Origin: Blastocladiella emersonii ATCC 22665
Lineage: Eukaryota > Fungi > Blastocladiomycota
Assembly: GCA_025594325.1 (NCBI GenBank)
Contig: JANHCV010000009.1
Span: forward strand, 310,001-374,000
Direction: 5' to 3'
DNA: 64,000 nucleotides
The translations under genes and the position numbers were made by a program. The notes below the pieces were generated by a model. That model was not told the DNA's origin. It did not search any database and worked only from the letters and a program-made list of their open reading frames with translations. Position 1 is the stretch's first letter. Every line of letters starts with the position of its first letter. Below are positions 21,790-34,125 of this stretch, one piece after another.

Positions 21790-23244
21790 TTAGCTAGCAA
21801 CGCCCGCATTGTTCGGCTCAACGGCCGAGTCCGGCACCGCGAAACACGAGCGGACCGCGCTGTCGAGCTCGCCCTCGCGCCCGAGCACCGCCAGCACCAC
21901 GTTCTTGGCGGCGAGGAAGCACCGCGGCATCCCGTGGCCCGTGTACCCGACGGCGGCAAACTGGCGCGACTCGCGGCCGCTTGGGTCGGCCGAGTGCAGG
22001 CGGCCGACAACGGGCTGCGCGTTGCTCGAGAACCCCATGATCCCCGTCCACGTCTGCGTGACGTCGAGCTCCGGGCCGGGCGCGAACCGGCGCGCGAACA
22101 CGTTGACGAGTCCCTCCGAAATGTTTAGGTTGACGCCCGCGTCGTCGTGCTGGCCGACCTCCATCGGCGTATCGTCGCGCGCGGCAAACTCGCGGCCGCC
22201 GCCCAGCAACACGGTGCCGTCGTCGCGGTTCTGGAAGTACTCGAGCCCCTCGTTGAAGGCGAGCCCGGCGCGCCACGTCACGGCGTCGGGGTTCCCGCGC
22301 AGCTTGCCGGCGACCATCTGGCCGCGCACGGGGACCACGCGGTCGCGCAGCGTCGGGACGAGCTGCCCGACGTACGCGTTGGTCGCGTGAATCACGGCGG
22401 TCGCGGCGATGGTTCCGCGCGCGGTCCGCACCGCGTACGTCCCGTCGGGCTGGCGGGACACGCCGAGCGCGAGCGTGTGCGTCTGCAGGTTCACGTGGTC
22501 GGGGTTGACCGCGAGACAGTGCTGCGCGAGCGCGGTGACGAGACGGTACGGCCACAGCTGGAACCCGAGCGACGAGTAGATGCCGCCGAAAAACCCGTCG
22601 GGCGCCGTGTGGAACTCGCGCGCGAGGGCCGCCGGGTCAAGCACGTGGATCTCCTCGACGTCGTTATCTTTTAGCGAGACCGTGTGCTCGCGGTAGTACG
22701 CGAGGTCCGCCAGCATCCCGCGCCACTCGGCCTCGCTTTCGGCGAGATTGAGCACGCCGCCCTGCCGCAGCTGCACGTACTCGCGCAGCCCGAGCGCGTC
22801 GATCGTCGCGACGAGCTCGGAAACGCACTTGCGCTCGAAGGCGACCGTGTCGAGCGCGGCGCGCACCGAGCCCAGCGCCTCGACGCGCGACCGGAACCCG
22901 TGTGCGGCGAGGGGGGTCGCCATGCCCGCGTTCCGCCCCGTCGCGCCCTCGCACACGCCGCGCGCGTCGATGACCGTCACGGACAGGTGCGGCGCGAGCT
23001 CCGTCAGGTGGTACAGCGCAGCGATGCCCGTCATGCCCGCGCCGAGGATCACGACGTCGCTGGAGGTGGGGAGGTCCGGCGTCGTACGGTGGTCGCTCAG
23101 CTGGCTCCCCTCGCGCAGCCAGTACGACGGCGTCGGTTTGGGCGATGGGAACAGCGGAGGGGCGGCGGCCGTGGACATGGTGCGAGTGGTCGAGCGGCGG
23201 GTCGCGGCGGCGGTGGCCCGGCTGAGCAGTGTGCGAAGATACAT
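21790..23244 (-). CDS. FAD-dependent oxidoreductase (DAO/PuuB-like)
   Basis: DVVILGAGMTG, EGATGRNAG, VIHATNAY and GYTGHGM in an intronless 484-aa ORF. Confidence 0.85.
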   Translation of the reverse strand: MYLRTLLSRATAAATRRSTTRTMSTAAAPPLFPSPKPTPSYWLREGSQLSDHRTTPDLPTSSDVVILGAGMTGIAALYHLTELAPHLSVTVIDARGVCEGATGRNAGMATPLAAHGFRSRVEALGSVRAALDTVAFERKCVSELVATIDALGLREYVQLRQGGVLNLAESEAEWRGMLADLAYYREHTVSLKDNDVEEIHVLDPAALAREFHTAPDGFFGGIYSSLGFQLWPYRLVTALAQHCLAVNPDHVNLQTHTLALGVSRQPDGTYAVRTARGTIAATAVIHATNAYVGQLVPTLRDRVVPVRGQMVAGKLRGNPDAVTWRAGLAFNEGLEYFQNRDDGTVLLGGGREFAARDDTPMEVGQHDDAGVNLNISEGLVNVFARRFAPGPELDVTQTWTGIMGFSSNAQPVVGRLHSADPSGRESRQFAAVGYTGHGMPRCFLAAKNVVLAVLGREGELDSAVRSCFAVPDSAVEPNNAGVAS

Positions 23245-23535
23245 GTGATGGGAAGCGCGACGGCTTCCTGCTTATGTGTTTGCGAGGTTGAAAGAGAGAG
23301 CGAGCGAGCGAGAGCGAAAAAGCGTTGGGGAAGCGGCCAGGGACAGCGACCGTGAGAACGCGTCGTGGCAGGCGTCAGGTGGCCGTCACGCGAGGTGAGG
23401 TGCGCGCGTTTCCGCCCGGTGGCGCCAGTTCCCTTGGTGGCGCTGGCCCGTCCGCCGCCCATCAATCCGCCCCCTCCCCTCCCCCTCCTCCCACACGGAC
23501 GACCGCGCGAGTCCCAGCAACTAAGCAGCAGCACC

Positions 23536-26500
23536 ATGAATAGCGCCGAGGGCATGGACGCCTACATCGAGGACGCGAGCGACGACCCGCTCGTGACGGG
23601 CGAGCCGTGCCAGTACACGTACTTTGCCGAGGCCGACGAGTTCAAGGCGACGCTCGCCGCGGGCCTCGCCCTCGAGGCCTCGCTGCTGGCCGAACCCCCC
23701 ACCACCGACCCCGCCGTGGCCAACGCCGGCGAGAGCGCCCTGTACCTCGCGTTCCTGCCGCTGCACCGTACCCTCGCAAAGTACCACGCCCAGCCGCAGC
23801 TCATGGACGCGCACCTCGCCGCCATCATCGCGCCCGTCATGGACCTGATCCGCACCCACTACCTCGCGCCCACGCGCGCCACTGTGTTCGCGCATGGCGC
23901 CTTCAACCTCCTGATCGGGCTCGCCAACGCGCGCGGGCCAAAGTACATTGTCAAGTTCTTCTCGCACGAGGTCGCCGACCTCGAGGGGCTCCTGCGCCTC
24001 GTCGTTGCCGTCCACTCGTCCGCCTTCCACCTCTGGCCTGTGCGCTACATGCTGCTCCTCTGGATGTCGTTTGTCACCCTGCTGCCCTTCGAGATCACGC
24101 GGCTCGGGACCAAGGGACACGAGCGCGGGATCGTCGCGCGCGTGCTGGAAACGGCCAAGGGGTTCCTCGCGTACACGGGCAAGGAGCGCGATGGCGCCGC
24201 GATGCTCATTGGGCGGCTCGTTTCTCGGTCCGTTTGACTCACTTTACGAGGTCTGCTGCGTCGCTGACACTGCCTTGTTCGTAGAGTCGACGTCGCTCCC
24301 ACCGAGCTCCCCGCGTTCGTCGCCTGGGCCGAGGCCGAGCTTGACGCCAAGCCCAACGTCTTCAAGGTACCCCCTATCCCTCACTTCGTGTCGCCGCAAC
24401 TCCACTGACGCCATCCTTCCGTTTAGGCAACGGGCATCCTCCAAACCCTGTGCTGCATCCTCAAGTTCGCCGAGCGCGGCCTGCTCCTGCCGCACCTCGA
24501 CCAGCTCGCCGCCCTGCTCCGCTTCGCCGACGCCGCCATGGTCCGCACCAACTCGCTCCTGCGCAAGCTCGTCGCCAAGCTCGCCACCCGCGTCGGCCTC
24601 GTCATGCTTCGCAACAAGCTGCCCAAGTGGCGCTACGACCGCGGGTCGCGCTCGCTCGAGGCCAACATCCGCCGGGCTGGGGCTGGTGCGGCGGGCGGGC
24701 TCGTCACCTCGGGCCCCGCCAACCCGGCGCCGAGCCGCGAAGAAGAGGACGAGGACGAGGAGATCCCCGAGCAGATCGAGGAGGTCTTGCACGTCGTCCT
24801 CGCCGGGCTGCGCGACCGCGACACCATCGTGCGGTGGTCTGCCGCCAAGGGCGTCGGCCGAATCACGTACCGCCTGCCCGAGGAGCTCGCCGCCGACGTG
24901 GTCCAGTCGGTCATTGACCTGTTCAACGAGAACGTGCACGCCTCCACCGCCACTGGAAATCTCGACATCTCGGGCGTGTCCGAACACACGTGGCACGGCG
25001 CGTGCCTGTCGATCGCCGAGCTCGCGCGCCGCGGCCTGCTGCTGCCCGCGGTCCTCGACACGGCCATGACGTGGATCCAGCTCGCCCTCACCTTTGACAT
25101 TCGCCGCGGCAACTACTCGATCGGCAGCCCCGTGCGCGACGCCGCCTGCTACGTGTGCTGGTCGTTTGCGCGCGCGTATGCACCGGATATCATGCGCCCG
25201 CACGTCCACCGGCTCGCGCCGTCGCTCGTGTGCGTGTCCATGTACGACCGCGAGGTGCACGTGCGCCGCGCGGCCTCGGCCGCGTTCCAGGAGAATGTCG
25301 GCCGCCAGGGGATCTTCCCGCACGGCATCGATATCGTGACGGCGGCCGATTTCTTTACCGTCGGCAACCGCGCGTCCGCGTTCCTCGTCGCCGGCCGCGC
25401 CATCGCCGCGTTCGACGAGTACCACCCGTACTGCGTCCGGTACCTGCTCGAGAACAGCGTGTTCCACTGGGACCCCGCCGTGCGCGTGCTCGCCGCCGAG
25501 GCGTTGGGGGTCCTTGTGGACCTCAAGCCCGATATCTTCCAGCACCTCTTTGACACGCTCCTCCCGACCATTACCAGCACCGAGCTCGGCACGAGGCACG
25601 GGTCCGCCGTCGCGCTCGCCGAGGTGATCCTCGCCGCCGGTTCGGGGGTGGTTACCCTCGCGCACGCCGACGCGGCCGTCGCGCAGCTCCGCGCCATCGC
25701 GCCCGCGTTCCTGCAGACGTTCGGGTCCGAGCTGACGCGCCAGGGCGCGCTCAAGCTGGTCGCCGCGCTCGCCACCGTGTGCGCCGTCCCCGAGGCCACC
25801 ATCGACCTGCTCATCCCGCTCATCGAGTCGTCGGTCGAGCGCAAGGAGGTACCCCTGCAGGAGGCAGCGGCGGCTACGGCCGCCGCCGCCCTGCGCCGCG
25901 TCTCCCCCGCGCGCCTCGCCGCCGTCGTCGGGTGGTGGGTCCACGCCGCGCGGCCGTCGGGCGACCAGGTCGCGCGCCGCGGGTACGCGCTCGCGTTGGG
26001 CGAAGTCGCGATGCCGCTCGACCTCAGCGTGCAGACGGTCGAGGCGCTGATCGCGTCCACCGAAAACCTCGCGAAACCCCAAATCGACGCCGAGGCCAAG
26101 AAGAACGCGCTGCAGGCTGTCGGGAAACACGTCGTCCAGCACGGCGCCGCGCTCCCGCCCGCGACCGTCGCGCGCATCGTGGCCGCGTTTTTGGGTGCGC
26201 TCGACGACTACACGACCACCTCGCACGGCGACGTCGGGTCGTGGGTCCGCATGGAGGCCATGGCCGGGCTCGCGCTCGTCGTCGAGCACGCGGTGCTCGC
26301 GGATCCTGCGGCCGTGGTCCCCGCGATCGCGCGCGGCGTCGTCCACCAGACGCTGTCCAAGATCGACCGCGTGCGCGAGGTCGCGGGCCCCGTCCTCGCG
26401 CGGCTGCTCGCGGCACAGCAGGCTGCCGGGCACATCCCGGCCGTGGACGTGCTGCAGCGCGTTGTCGCGCCCGCTGCGGGCGACCCGTCGCTCGACTGGT

Positions 26501-27210
26501 CCAACTCGGCCAGCGTCCTCGCGGCCGTCGCGCCCGTCCTCGCCGAGCCCTTCTACCGCGAGACGGCGGTCCTCGGGTACCTCCTGTGCATGGGCGGCAT
26601 GACCGAGTCGCTGGTCAAGGCCGCGGGGCAGGTGCTCATGGACCACCTCGAGGGGCTGGCGGACGACGACGCTGCCCTCGCCGCGGCGACCGACGCCATT
26701 CTCGCGACCCTGACGTCCAACTACCGCGTGGACCGCGTCGTTCTCCCCGTCCTCACCGCGCTCGATATTTTGTACGCGAACCAGTCGGTCCTGTACGCGC
26801 CCGACGCGTTTCACGCGGGCGTCTACGCCGCGGTGCGCCGCGAGATCGCCAAGGTCAAGGACGTGAACAAGATTCTCGCCGCGTTCAAGGTGCTCGGCGG
26901 GCTCGCCGGCGTGCCCCACCGCGAGACCCGGACGTGCGCGGCGCGGTACCTCGCGCAGCAGACGTGCCACGTCTACCCGCGCGTCCGCAAGGGCGCCGCC
27001 GAGACGCTGCTCGCGTGCGCGCCCATCTACGCGCAGGCGTGCGAGGATGATGGCGGTGATGCGGGGGTGCGGGATGTGGACCGCGTCACGACGCTCCTGA
27101 CCGAGGTCGACTGGACTCTGCCCATCGCAGACGTCAAGGCGCACCGCGACGAGCTGTACGCGATGCTCGGCGTCGACGGCGTCGTGCTGCCGCCCGTGCC
27201 CGACGCGTAG
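23536..27210 (+). CDS. TBCD: Tubulin-folding cofactor D
   Basis: YHAQPQLMDAHL, KFFSHEVADLE, RDRDTIVRWSAAKGVGRI, WHGACLSIAELARRGLL, VRDAACYVCWSFARAY, DREVHVRRAASAAFQENVGRQG, GDVGSWVR. Introns near 24230-24425. Confidence 0.95.
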
Positions 27211-27399
27211 TGGTGGAGTGAAGAATATAGCGAAGTTTTGCTCACGGTCTCGGTCTCGCGCTGATGACCGACGCGTTTCGCGTTCGGCGCTCGGCCGTTC
27301 GGTGGGTCGGCCCTCCTTCCTTCACGGCCTCCCCTCCTCGCCGCCCTTCCGCTCTCCTCCACCGTCGCCACGGCACGCCACGGAACGAAACACCACACC

Positions 27400-28348
27400 A
27401 TGTCGATGCCAACCACCGAGCAGGAGCAGCAGCCGTTCTCCAAGATCCTCGACGCGGTGCGTCTCCCCGCCGCGCCCTCGTCATCGCCACGGCGGCCATC
27501 GCTAACTCACGCGTCGCTCGTCGCTCGTGTGTAGGATCTCGATGCGGCCATGATCCTGTACGTCTCTCGCTCGCTTCACCCTGCGCCCGGCGAGCCTGCG
27601 CTGACGCACGCACCCGCGCGCTCTCCCGCTTAGCAACGAGTCGGCGCTGCTGTCCAAGTACTGCGCCGAGAAAGCCGAGCGCGCGGGCGTCGACTGCTAC
27701 AAGTGCTGCCGCACCTACGCCGGTACGCTCCCTCTCCCTCACTCAATCGCTGCCCACACGACGCTAACTCGTCCGCCGTGCTGCATAGACCTCGCGCACC
27801 AGGCCGCGTGGCTCCTCGTGTCGGCGGGCTCCGAGTCGCTTGGCATCCACCAGCACGCCGTCACCTCGTCGCCGCCGCCGGCCGGCGAGTCCATGGCGCC
27901 GCCGTCGGACCTCGGCGACCGCGCGCACCACCTGGCCACGGACGCGCTCGACTACTCGGGCGTCCTGGCGCTCGTCCTGTCGTCGGCCGAGCGCGTGCAC
28001 GCGCACTGCGGCAGCCACACGGAGCACGCGCACTGCCAGGCGTGCGCCGCCGCGGCGGGTCGCGCTCACGCCGTCCTGCGCGAGATCCTCGCCGCCCGCA
28101 AGCAGGCGCGCCACCCGCACTACGCGACCGACCCGCACGGCACCGCGACGGTTGGCGCTGGCCGCGGCGCGGTCCCGCATGGCCCGGCCCCGATGCACCG
28201 CGGCGGGCAGCAGGTCGGTTCCGACGAGAAGAAGGCGTGGCAGCCGCCCGAGACGGACAAGGGCGAGCTTCGGCTCGGCCGCGGCGCCAAGCAGCTGCGC
28301 GACGTGGCCGCTGGCGGCGAGGCGCAGAAGCGCGCGGTCGAGGAGTAG
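27400..28348 (+). CDS. Csp3/YhjQ (DUF326)-like four-helix-bundle protein, Cys-depleted; copy 1
   Basis: Exons 27400-27456, 27535-27557, 27634-27722 and 27789-28348. CYKCCRTYADLAHQAAWLL and HCGSHTEHAHCQACAAA resemble the Csp3 pattern (CxxHxxxHCQxCAxAC). Confidence 0.6.
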
Positions 28349-29005
28349 TCGCTGTGAGTTGTGCGGTCACGCAGAGAGTATGATTTAATGGATCACAGTT
28401 TGAGCTGCCACAAAGTGAGGGTCGGGGAATGTGGTGAAGAATCCGCCGCGATGCGCCACTCGCGTGATGTTGATGTGATGTCGCCCGAGCGATCAACTCT
28501 TGGCCTCGATCGAAACACCTCAGCTTCTCGCTCTCGCCCGCAACAACCATGAACGAAGCGAATGAAAGAAACTTGCTGCAACCGAACGAGCGCACAATTC
28601 TCGAAATGCTCCCCGTCGAGCTGATGACCTTTGCGCTCCAGCTCGCACGGCCCCAATCGGCTATCTGGGCAGCGACGCGCGAGCTTCACTTCCTTTCACG
28701 CAGCGCCCCCGTCAAGGGCGCATGGATTCGATATCTACTTGTCCACGGACCGCCCGCTGACTGGCGGGGAGGACTATGACAGCAAGGAGACAGTTCTGCC
28801 GTCCGACAGCGGTGCGCTCATCGAGTACTGCTACGCTTCCGCTTTCGACTTGTCGACTCTCCTTGCCCTGCACAGTGTACCCGCATTTGGTCCTGCGTCT
28901 CGTTGGCTCGCTCGCCATTTCCAGAACGAAGAGGTCTCCGCCAGCCTCTTGAATTTCCTTGAAGCAAATGCAGATATGACTCCTGATAACGCTCACGACT
29001 TTGCG
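27718..29005 (+). repeat. Left arm of a large inverted duplication (partner about 62290-64000)
   Basis: 27718-28369 matches the reverse complement of 63349-64000 without indels; I saw one substitution (R/Q codon near 28272). More diverged homology continues into the adjacent F-box-like gene. Confidence 0.92.
28549..29005 (+). pseudogene. F-box-like family copy 1, internally deleted
   Basis: MNEANERNLLQ...LEMLPVELMTFALQLARP. Compared with copy 7 it jumps from YCYASA to DLSTLLALHSVPAFG with frameshifts. Confidence 0.7.
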
Positions 29006-29007
29006 CG

Positions 29008-29364
29008 ATGCTCGTCCCTCGGCTTCCGCGCTCAATTGCGCGGCTTGCTCTCACCCACATTGACTGTGGGGCGGAAGGTGCTCGCGCACTTGCGCAGCAC
29101 ATGCAACCCGGAATCAAGTGGCTGGTTCACAGACACACAGGCCTCAACGATGAGGCGGTTCAACACCTCGCTTCCATTCTTGCGCCGAATGTGGTGTGGC
29201 TCGACTTGTCGGACAAAAAGTCGATTACCGACGTGGGCGCCCGCACTCTTGCCAAACAGCTTCAAGGTACTGCGTACGAGATTGACCTGTGCGGCACCAG
29301 CGTGACGAAAGCGGGGGTCAACGCGATTCTCGCTGCAGGTCGCGCGAGCCGGTGCAAAATTTGA
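29008..29364 (+). pseudogene. RNI-like leucine-rich-repeat fragment joined to copy 1
   Basis: LALTHIDCGAEGARALA / LNDEAVQHLA / LDLSDKKSITDVGARTLA / IDLCGTSVTKAGVNAI. Confidence 0.55.
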
Positions 29365-29691
29365 AGCTCAGATGCTGTCAAACCGGAAGTTTAATATACG
29401 CAGCTGACTTTTTTCCGTCTCAAATGAAATCAAACTATTAGGGTTTGAGCCCAGAACTTGATCAGACTTCCATGAATCGGCTGAGGAGTGCGTGTATGCG
29501 AGTCCACAGCGTAATACCAGGGGCTATACGCCCGCTGATTATCGCAACGAGGGACTAGGCGGCGGGCTGGCGGCAGTCTCCCCCGAGACGCGCTGCGCCA
29601 CTCGCGTGAATGCACGTGCGGGTTGACGAGATCAAGGTGGCGGGTTTCAACGCCTGGCTTCGGCTCCGCGCACCCCGCGAACCATGCATCC

Positions 29692-31592
29692 ATGAACGAA
29701 GCGAATGAACCTAACTTACCGCAACGGCCTCGGAACAGCGGGCTTGCCATCCTCCCTGTCGAGCTCGTGACGGCGGTGATGCAGCTTGCCCAGCCTCGCA
29801 CAGCCATCTACACGGCCGCACGCGAGCTTCACACATTGGCATTGTCGTCTCCCGTGAGACGCTCCTGAACTGTTTATGTGCTTGTCCATGGTGTACCTGC
29901 TCAATTTATGCAAAGCTACAAGGCTTTCGAGCACTGCTTTACCTCAGACGTTGGCGCGCTGCTCGAGTACGGCTACATGGGCAGCGATCAGCGCGTATCG
30001 CCATGCAAGCTTGGCTATGACTACCTTGTTTCGCTCTACTTCACGCTTCTCGAATATGTGCTTCCAGAGGCGTCGCAAAAACCGCGCGCTTGGCATGAAG
30101 GGACCGAAGCCTTGAGCGATGCAATCGAGGCTTCCATTGGCGCTTTGGGCTTTCACCAGTGCAGAATGTCGCCCATCGAGGCTCTCAGCCAGTTGTTCGC
30201 GTTTGCCGCGGTCCGCCTTGACCCGTCAACGCTTGTTCGCCTCCTTGCCATCACGCTTGACGAAGCCCCTGATCTTTTCCAAATTCAACTGTCCCCTGAC
30301 TCTTGGGTGAAACTCTTCAAAGCCGGTCAAGATTGCATCTTCGGATACGCAGAGCGCTGGCGGTACAACGAGGAGGAGCCACCACTTCGTTTAGTAGAGT
30401 TCCTTGGCGTTGGTGCAATCTTCTCGTGGGCGCTGCCGATTGTCTCCGTCTTGCAGGAATTACCAACGCTCGGGCTCGACTTGGGCTGGCTCGTCGAGTA
30501 TTTCAACCGCGATTTGCTCGTAAAGGCAGTTTCATGGAGTCTTAATGAGGCAACCCTTGACCCTGTTTCCGTTCATGGCGTGCTTGATTGGCTCTTCAGC
30601 GACGTTTGGACGGACAAGCGCGTTCATTTCGATGGCATGCATCTGGTTAGCTACCTGGGTCCCGTACCCGAATTTCTTTGTCATTTTTATGAGCTTGACC
30701 CCGAGCGCGTGTCCAACGGAATTTCCCAGGCCGATCTTGACCAAGTCACAAACCTGTTGCACTTGGCCCAGAGGCCGCTGCATGTGGCCAGCTTGGAGAC
30801 ACTGGACAAGCTCGGTATTTACGACCAGCTTGCTTGGGGATACATCGTTGCGTTTGCGCTCACCGAACAAAACGGCGGGCCAGCTGGTCCGCTTGCAGCG
30901 CTCGCTGTGCGGCTTCTTGGCGATCGTTTTGGAGGCACACTTGTGCTTGGTACGATAACAAGCGAGCGAGCCAGCCTGATCCATTTGCTGACGAGCTTGC
31001 GTTTGCTCTCATGTAGCGTTCCAATCCTTCAGCGAACTTGTCCTGTGCCCCAACACGACTCCACAAATGCCTCTTGATCTCGTGCGTAAGCAGTGCCCTA
31101 GCGAGGCCCAGGAACTTTTCAAAGCTCTTGCAACGAGTTTCCACAATCACGTTCAGCAGTCATTCCCAGTCAGCTGTGTCAAAATCCTCCACCCCTGTCC
31201 CAACAGGCCAGAGACGTGCAAAGTTTTGGCTACCGTTCTAGCAAACTTACTGCAGGTCTTTGGGATGTTTTTCTTCTCGCTAATGCGACTATCATCAAGC
31301 GGTCGGAAGTGATTTACGCATCGGTTGCATGGGTGCCTGTTGCTGTGCTCCAAGACCGGTCGATCCGCGATCAAGCTTTTGCGTTGATGCTGGAAACCGA
31401 TACCGCCGTGCACTTTCTTGGCGCCATGCTTTGGGCTCAGATGTCAGAGCGCGTTGGAACTCACGTCGTGCCGCTTGCTTCGGGCTCAAAACCGTGCGCT
31501 AGATCATCTTCGAAATTCGTCGCGCTGCACCTGAGACGGTCGTCTCGCGCGATTACGCGAACGCGATGGTCGCTATCCACCACGAGTTTTGA
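29692..31592 (+). pseudogene. F-box-like family copy 2
   Basis: MNEANEPNL...LAILPVELV. TGA at a conserved Trp (29866-29868), an intron near 30950-31016, a frameshift near 31220 and a deletion near 31500. Confidence 0.75.
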
Positions 31593-31731
31593 GCTGTCTG
31601 TTACCACGGTTGTTGCGAAGGCATAGAATACACTCGTTTTGATTTGAGGGCGTATCATCCTGAAAGTTGAGACAGGTCAGAGCGAGCGAACGAGCAACCG
31701 CCAACATCAGGCCAGGTCTCTCGCATGTCCG

Positions 31732-32577
31732 TTAAGCCATGAACCGATGCGCGAACGTATCGCCAGTCAAAGCTTTGGTGAACCACTTGTGGTTGAGGCC
31801 GGGGTTTGAGCAGCGCAGCGCGTGGAACGTTGGCAAATTACACGTAAAGATCGCAAGTAAGGCCAAGAAGTCGACAAGGGAGACGCGAGTGCCGTCTATG
31901 TTCTCAGCACCCCAGACCGCATGCATCCGTGGCAGACCGCCCCAAGAGTCCGGAGTAAGGCGAACGTGGAAAAGGGCAGGAAAACGCTGCTTTGCGGCGG
32001 TTAAAATTTGGCCGAAGTGAGCTGAGTCAAGCACCCCTACGGCGCTGACTAAAAGCTGTAGGAGAGCAAAGATGGGTTTCGATCGGCCCAGCTGGCAATC
32101 AGCTGTCTCTATATCAACATCAACAAGCCAGAGCCGAATACGGTGTGATAGTTGAACGAGGTTGTTGTCGAGCTTTTCGAATGCGCACTGAGCGAGGTCA
32201 AGAAGGTAATCCGCCAGCACGACGTAGAGCGACGTGACATGGGCAAAGGCAGGATCTTCGCGAGATACATGCCGATACGACGCTTGCTCTCCAGAAACTG
32301 ATTTGGCGGTATGTTCGAGGAGCGCGCTCACGTCGCTGAGGTAGAAGATATCCTCGGCGCCATCCAAGCCATAGCTGTCGACAACACGGTGCGTAAGGAT
32401 CGTCTCGATCCAGCAACGCTTGACATGCGCGGAGCCGACCACGGCAGCAAGCTCGCACGTCGCGGTGGGAACATCCGTCCGCGGTTCGGCGAGCGCCAAC
32501 ACGCTCGCAAGCAGTTCGGTTGGAAGGTCTGAGAGCGTGGCTCGAGATTGCATCAAGTCTATTTCATTGGTTTCCAT
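31732..32577 (-). pseudogene. F-box-like family copy 3, 3'-truncated
   Basis: METNEIDLMQSRATLSDLPTELLASVLALAEPR...LVDFLALLAIF, ending about 280 codons in, tail-to-tail with copy 2. Confidence 0.7.
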
Positions 32578-34125
32578 GGCGCAGTGTGGTTCTGAAGGAG
32601 CTCGGAGAGGAGCTGTCCACTTCGCGCAAGGAGGCTGCTGTCGCGACCGTGAGAAATAGGGGAACGTGGCGCCGCCGAAGCCACATGACCCGCACCTGAC
32701 TGTCTCGCACACTGTCTCGCAGCGCGAGCGCGAGCGCGTATGACGCGATTTGGCGCAAAACGCGTCGGACCCAACGAAGTCGAGGCTGATCCGAGCCTCG
32801 CCGCAGCTAAAGCTCGTGACGCGATGTAGCCAACGTCCTCAACTCCTGGCCCCGCGGTTCGTACTTCCCAGATTTACCAGCCCGGAGGATAATCGCGCAA
32901 GCAAAGCAAGCAACATCTATATGTCTCGTTGACACGAATCAAAGCAACTCGCGAAACGCTCGACCCCCACCGACTCCAAGTCTCGCGCGACATTCCAACC
33001 CCGCGCTGCGACATGCTTGTCGAGAGGGCCGCACGCGCACACACGGCGCGGACTTTTTCACGGCGCGTGTGCGGGTGCGGCCCATCAGCGCGGTGCAGGA
33101 AAGTCGGCAAAAACGAGTAAGGAGGAGCGGCTCGAGCTCTTGACGATGCGCTTCGTGAAGGCAACGAGCGACGCGCGCAATTGAGGGCATAGCACGACTC
33201 GGAGGAATTTGTGTTCGTGCGACCGCGCTGCGTCCTGTGTATTGCGAGAGCGAGGGTCAGAGCGTGGCCGTCGACGTGATTCGCAGGGTTTCGTACCAGA
33301 GTAAAGCGGGATGCAGGAGTGATCTCGTTCCCGCGCGCAGGTCAACAGGCTCGAACGGGAACTTGGCGATTGCGAAGCGTAGTCCTGGTGAAAGATGACG
33401 TGTCCGTACTCTGCCGCAGGGCGAGCTGGTGCTGAGCGCATTGCGAACCATGCGTGCATCCCTGCGAGCCTTGCGGCAGCGCTTCAGCAGTTGAGCTCCG
33501 TTGGTGGACAGACATTCGAGCAGCCGGTTTCAGGTTTCTCGATGTCCTGGCTCGTCAGCAAACAGCGCGTGTAGCCCGCAAAACGTGCGCATCAGCTCCT
33601 ACTCGGTGAACCACTCCAGCTTGCCCCAGATCGAGCGTGACGCTCTCCAGCCAATCACATTTGAATCCGAACACGCTGGCTTGGATCACCAACAAAGACC
33701 GTGCCGTGATCTCGAGCTAGAACACCACTCGCGTCCGTCAACCGCTCAGCGAAGCACAGCTGTCGCGCGGGACACGACGCACCCGCGAGTCGCACGATCA
33801 CGCTACACCACGCATTCTGCGCGCCATAAAGATTGCATCAAGTCGTCGGCATTCTAGGCCGGCCGTTTCATGGATGTGCAAGGGTTGAAGAGCGGGGAAG
33901 CATGCGCGAGCGACGCGGTCAAGCCGCTGCCTGACCAACGCGTTGCGCGTTCCGCCACTGCCGGTCCGAGGAGATGATGGGGACACTTCTTCATGTTTTC
34001 GAGTGATGGTCGAGAGAGAGGGGAAAATGGAATACAGGCGATATGACATGAGAAACGGATGAGATGGGATGAGGGAGGAGAGGGAGTGTGCAAGTCACGC
34101 AAACAAAAAAAATAACGGCTCGCTA

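Noticed and set aside
24244-27144. 966-aa minus-strand ORF, and similar long ORFs at 25-1701, 11541-13019, 36240-37844, 40319-42100 and 49751-51067
   Set aside because: Antisense or alternate-frame shadows of GC3-rich real genes, with Arg/Gly/Ala-biased translations and no motifs.
33240-33720. HIRAN-like (LVRNPANHVDGHAL) and UvrD-like (VFVGDPSQ) motifs on the minus strand
   Set aside because: Short matches in frames other than the most protein-like one, with no supporting motifs.
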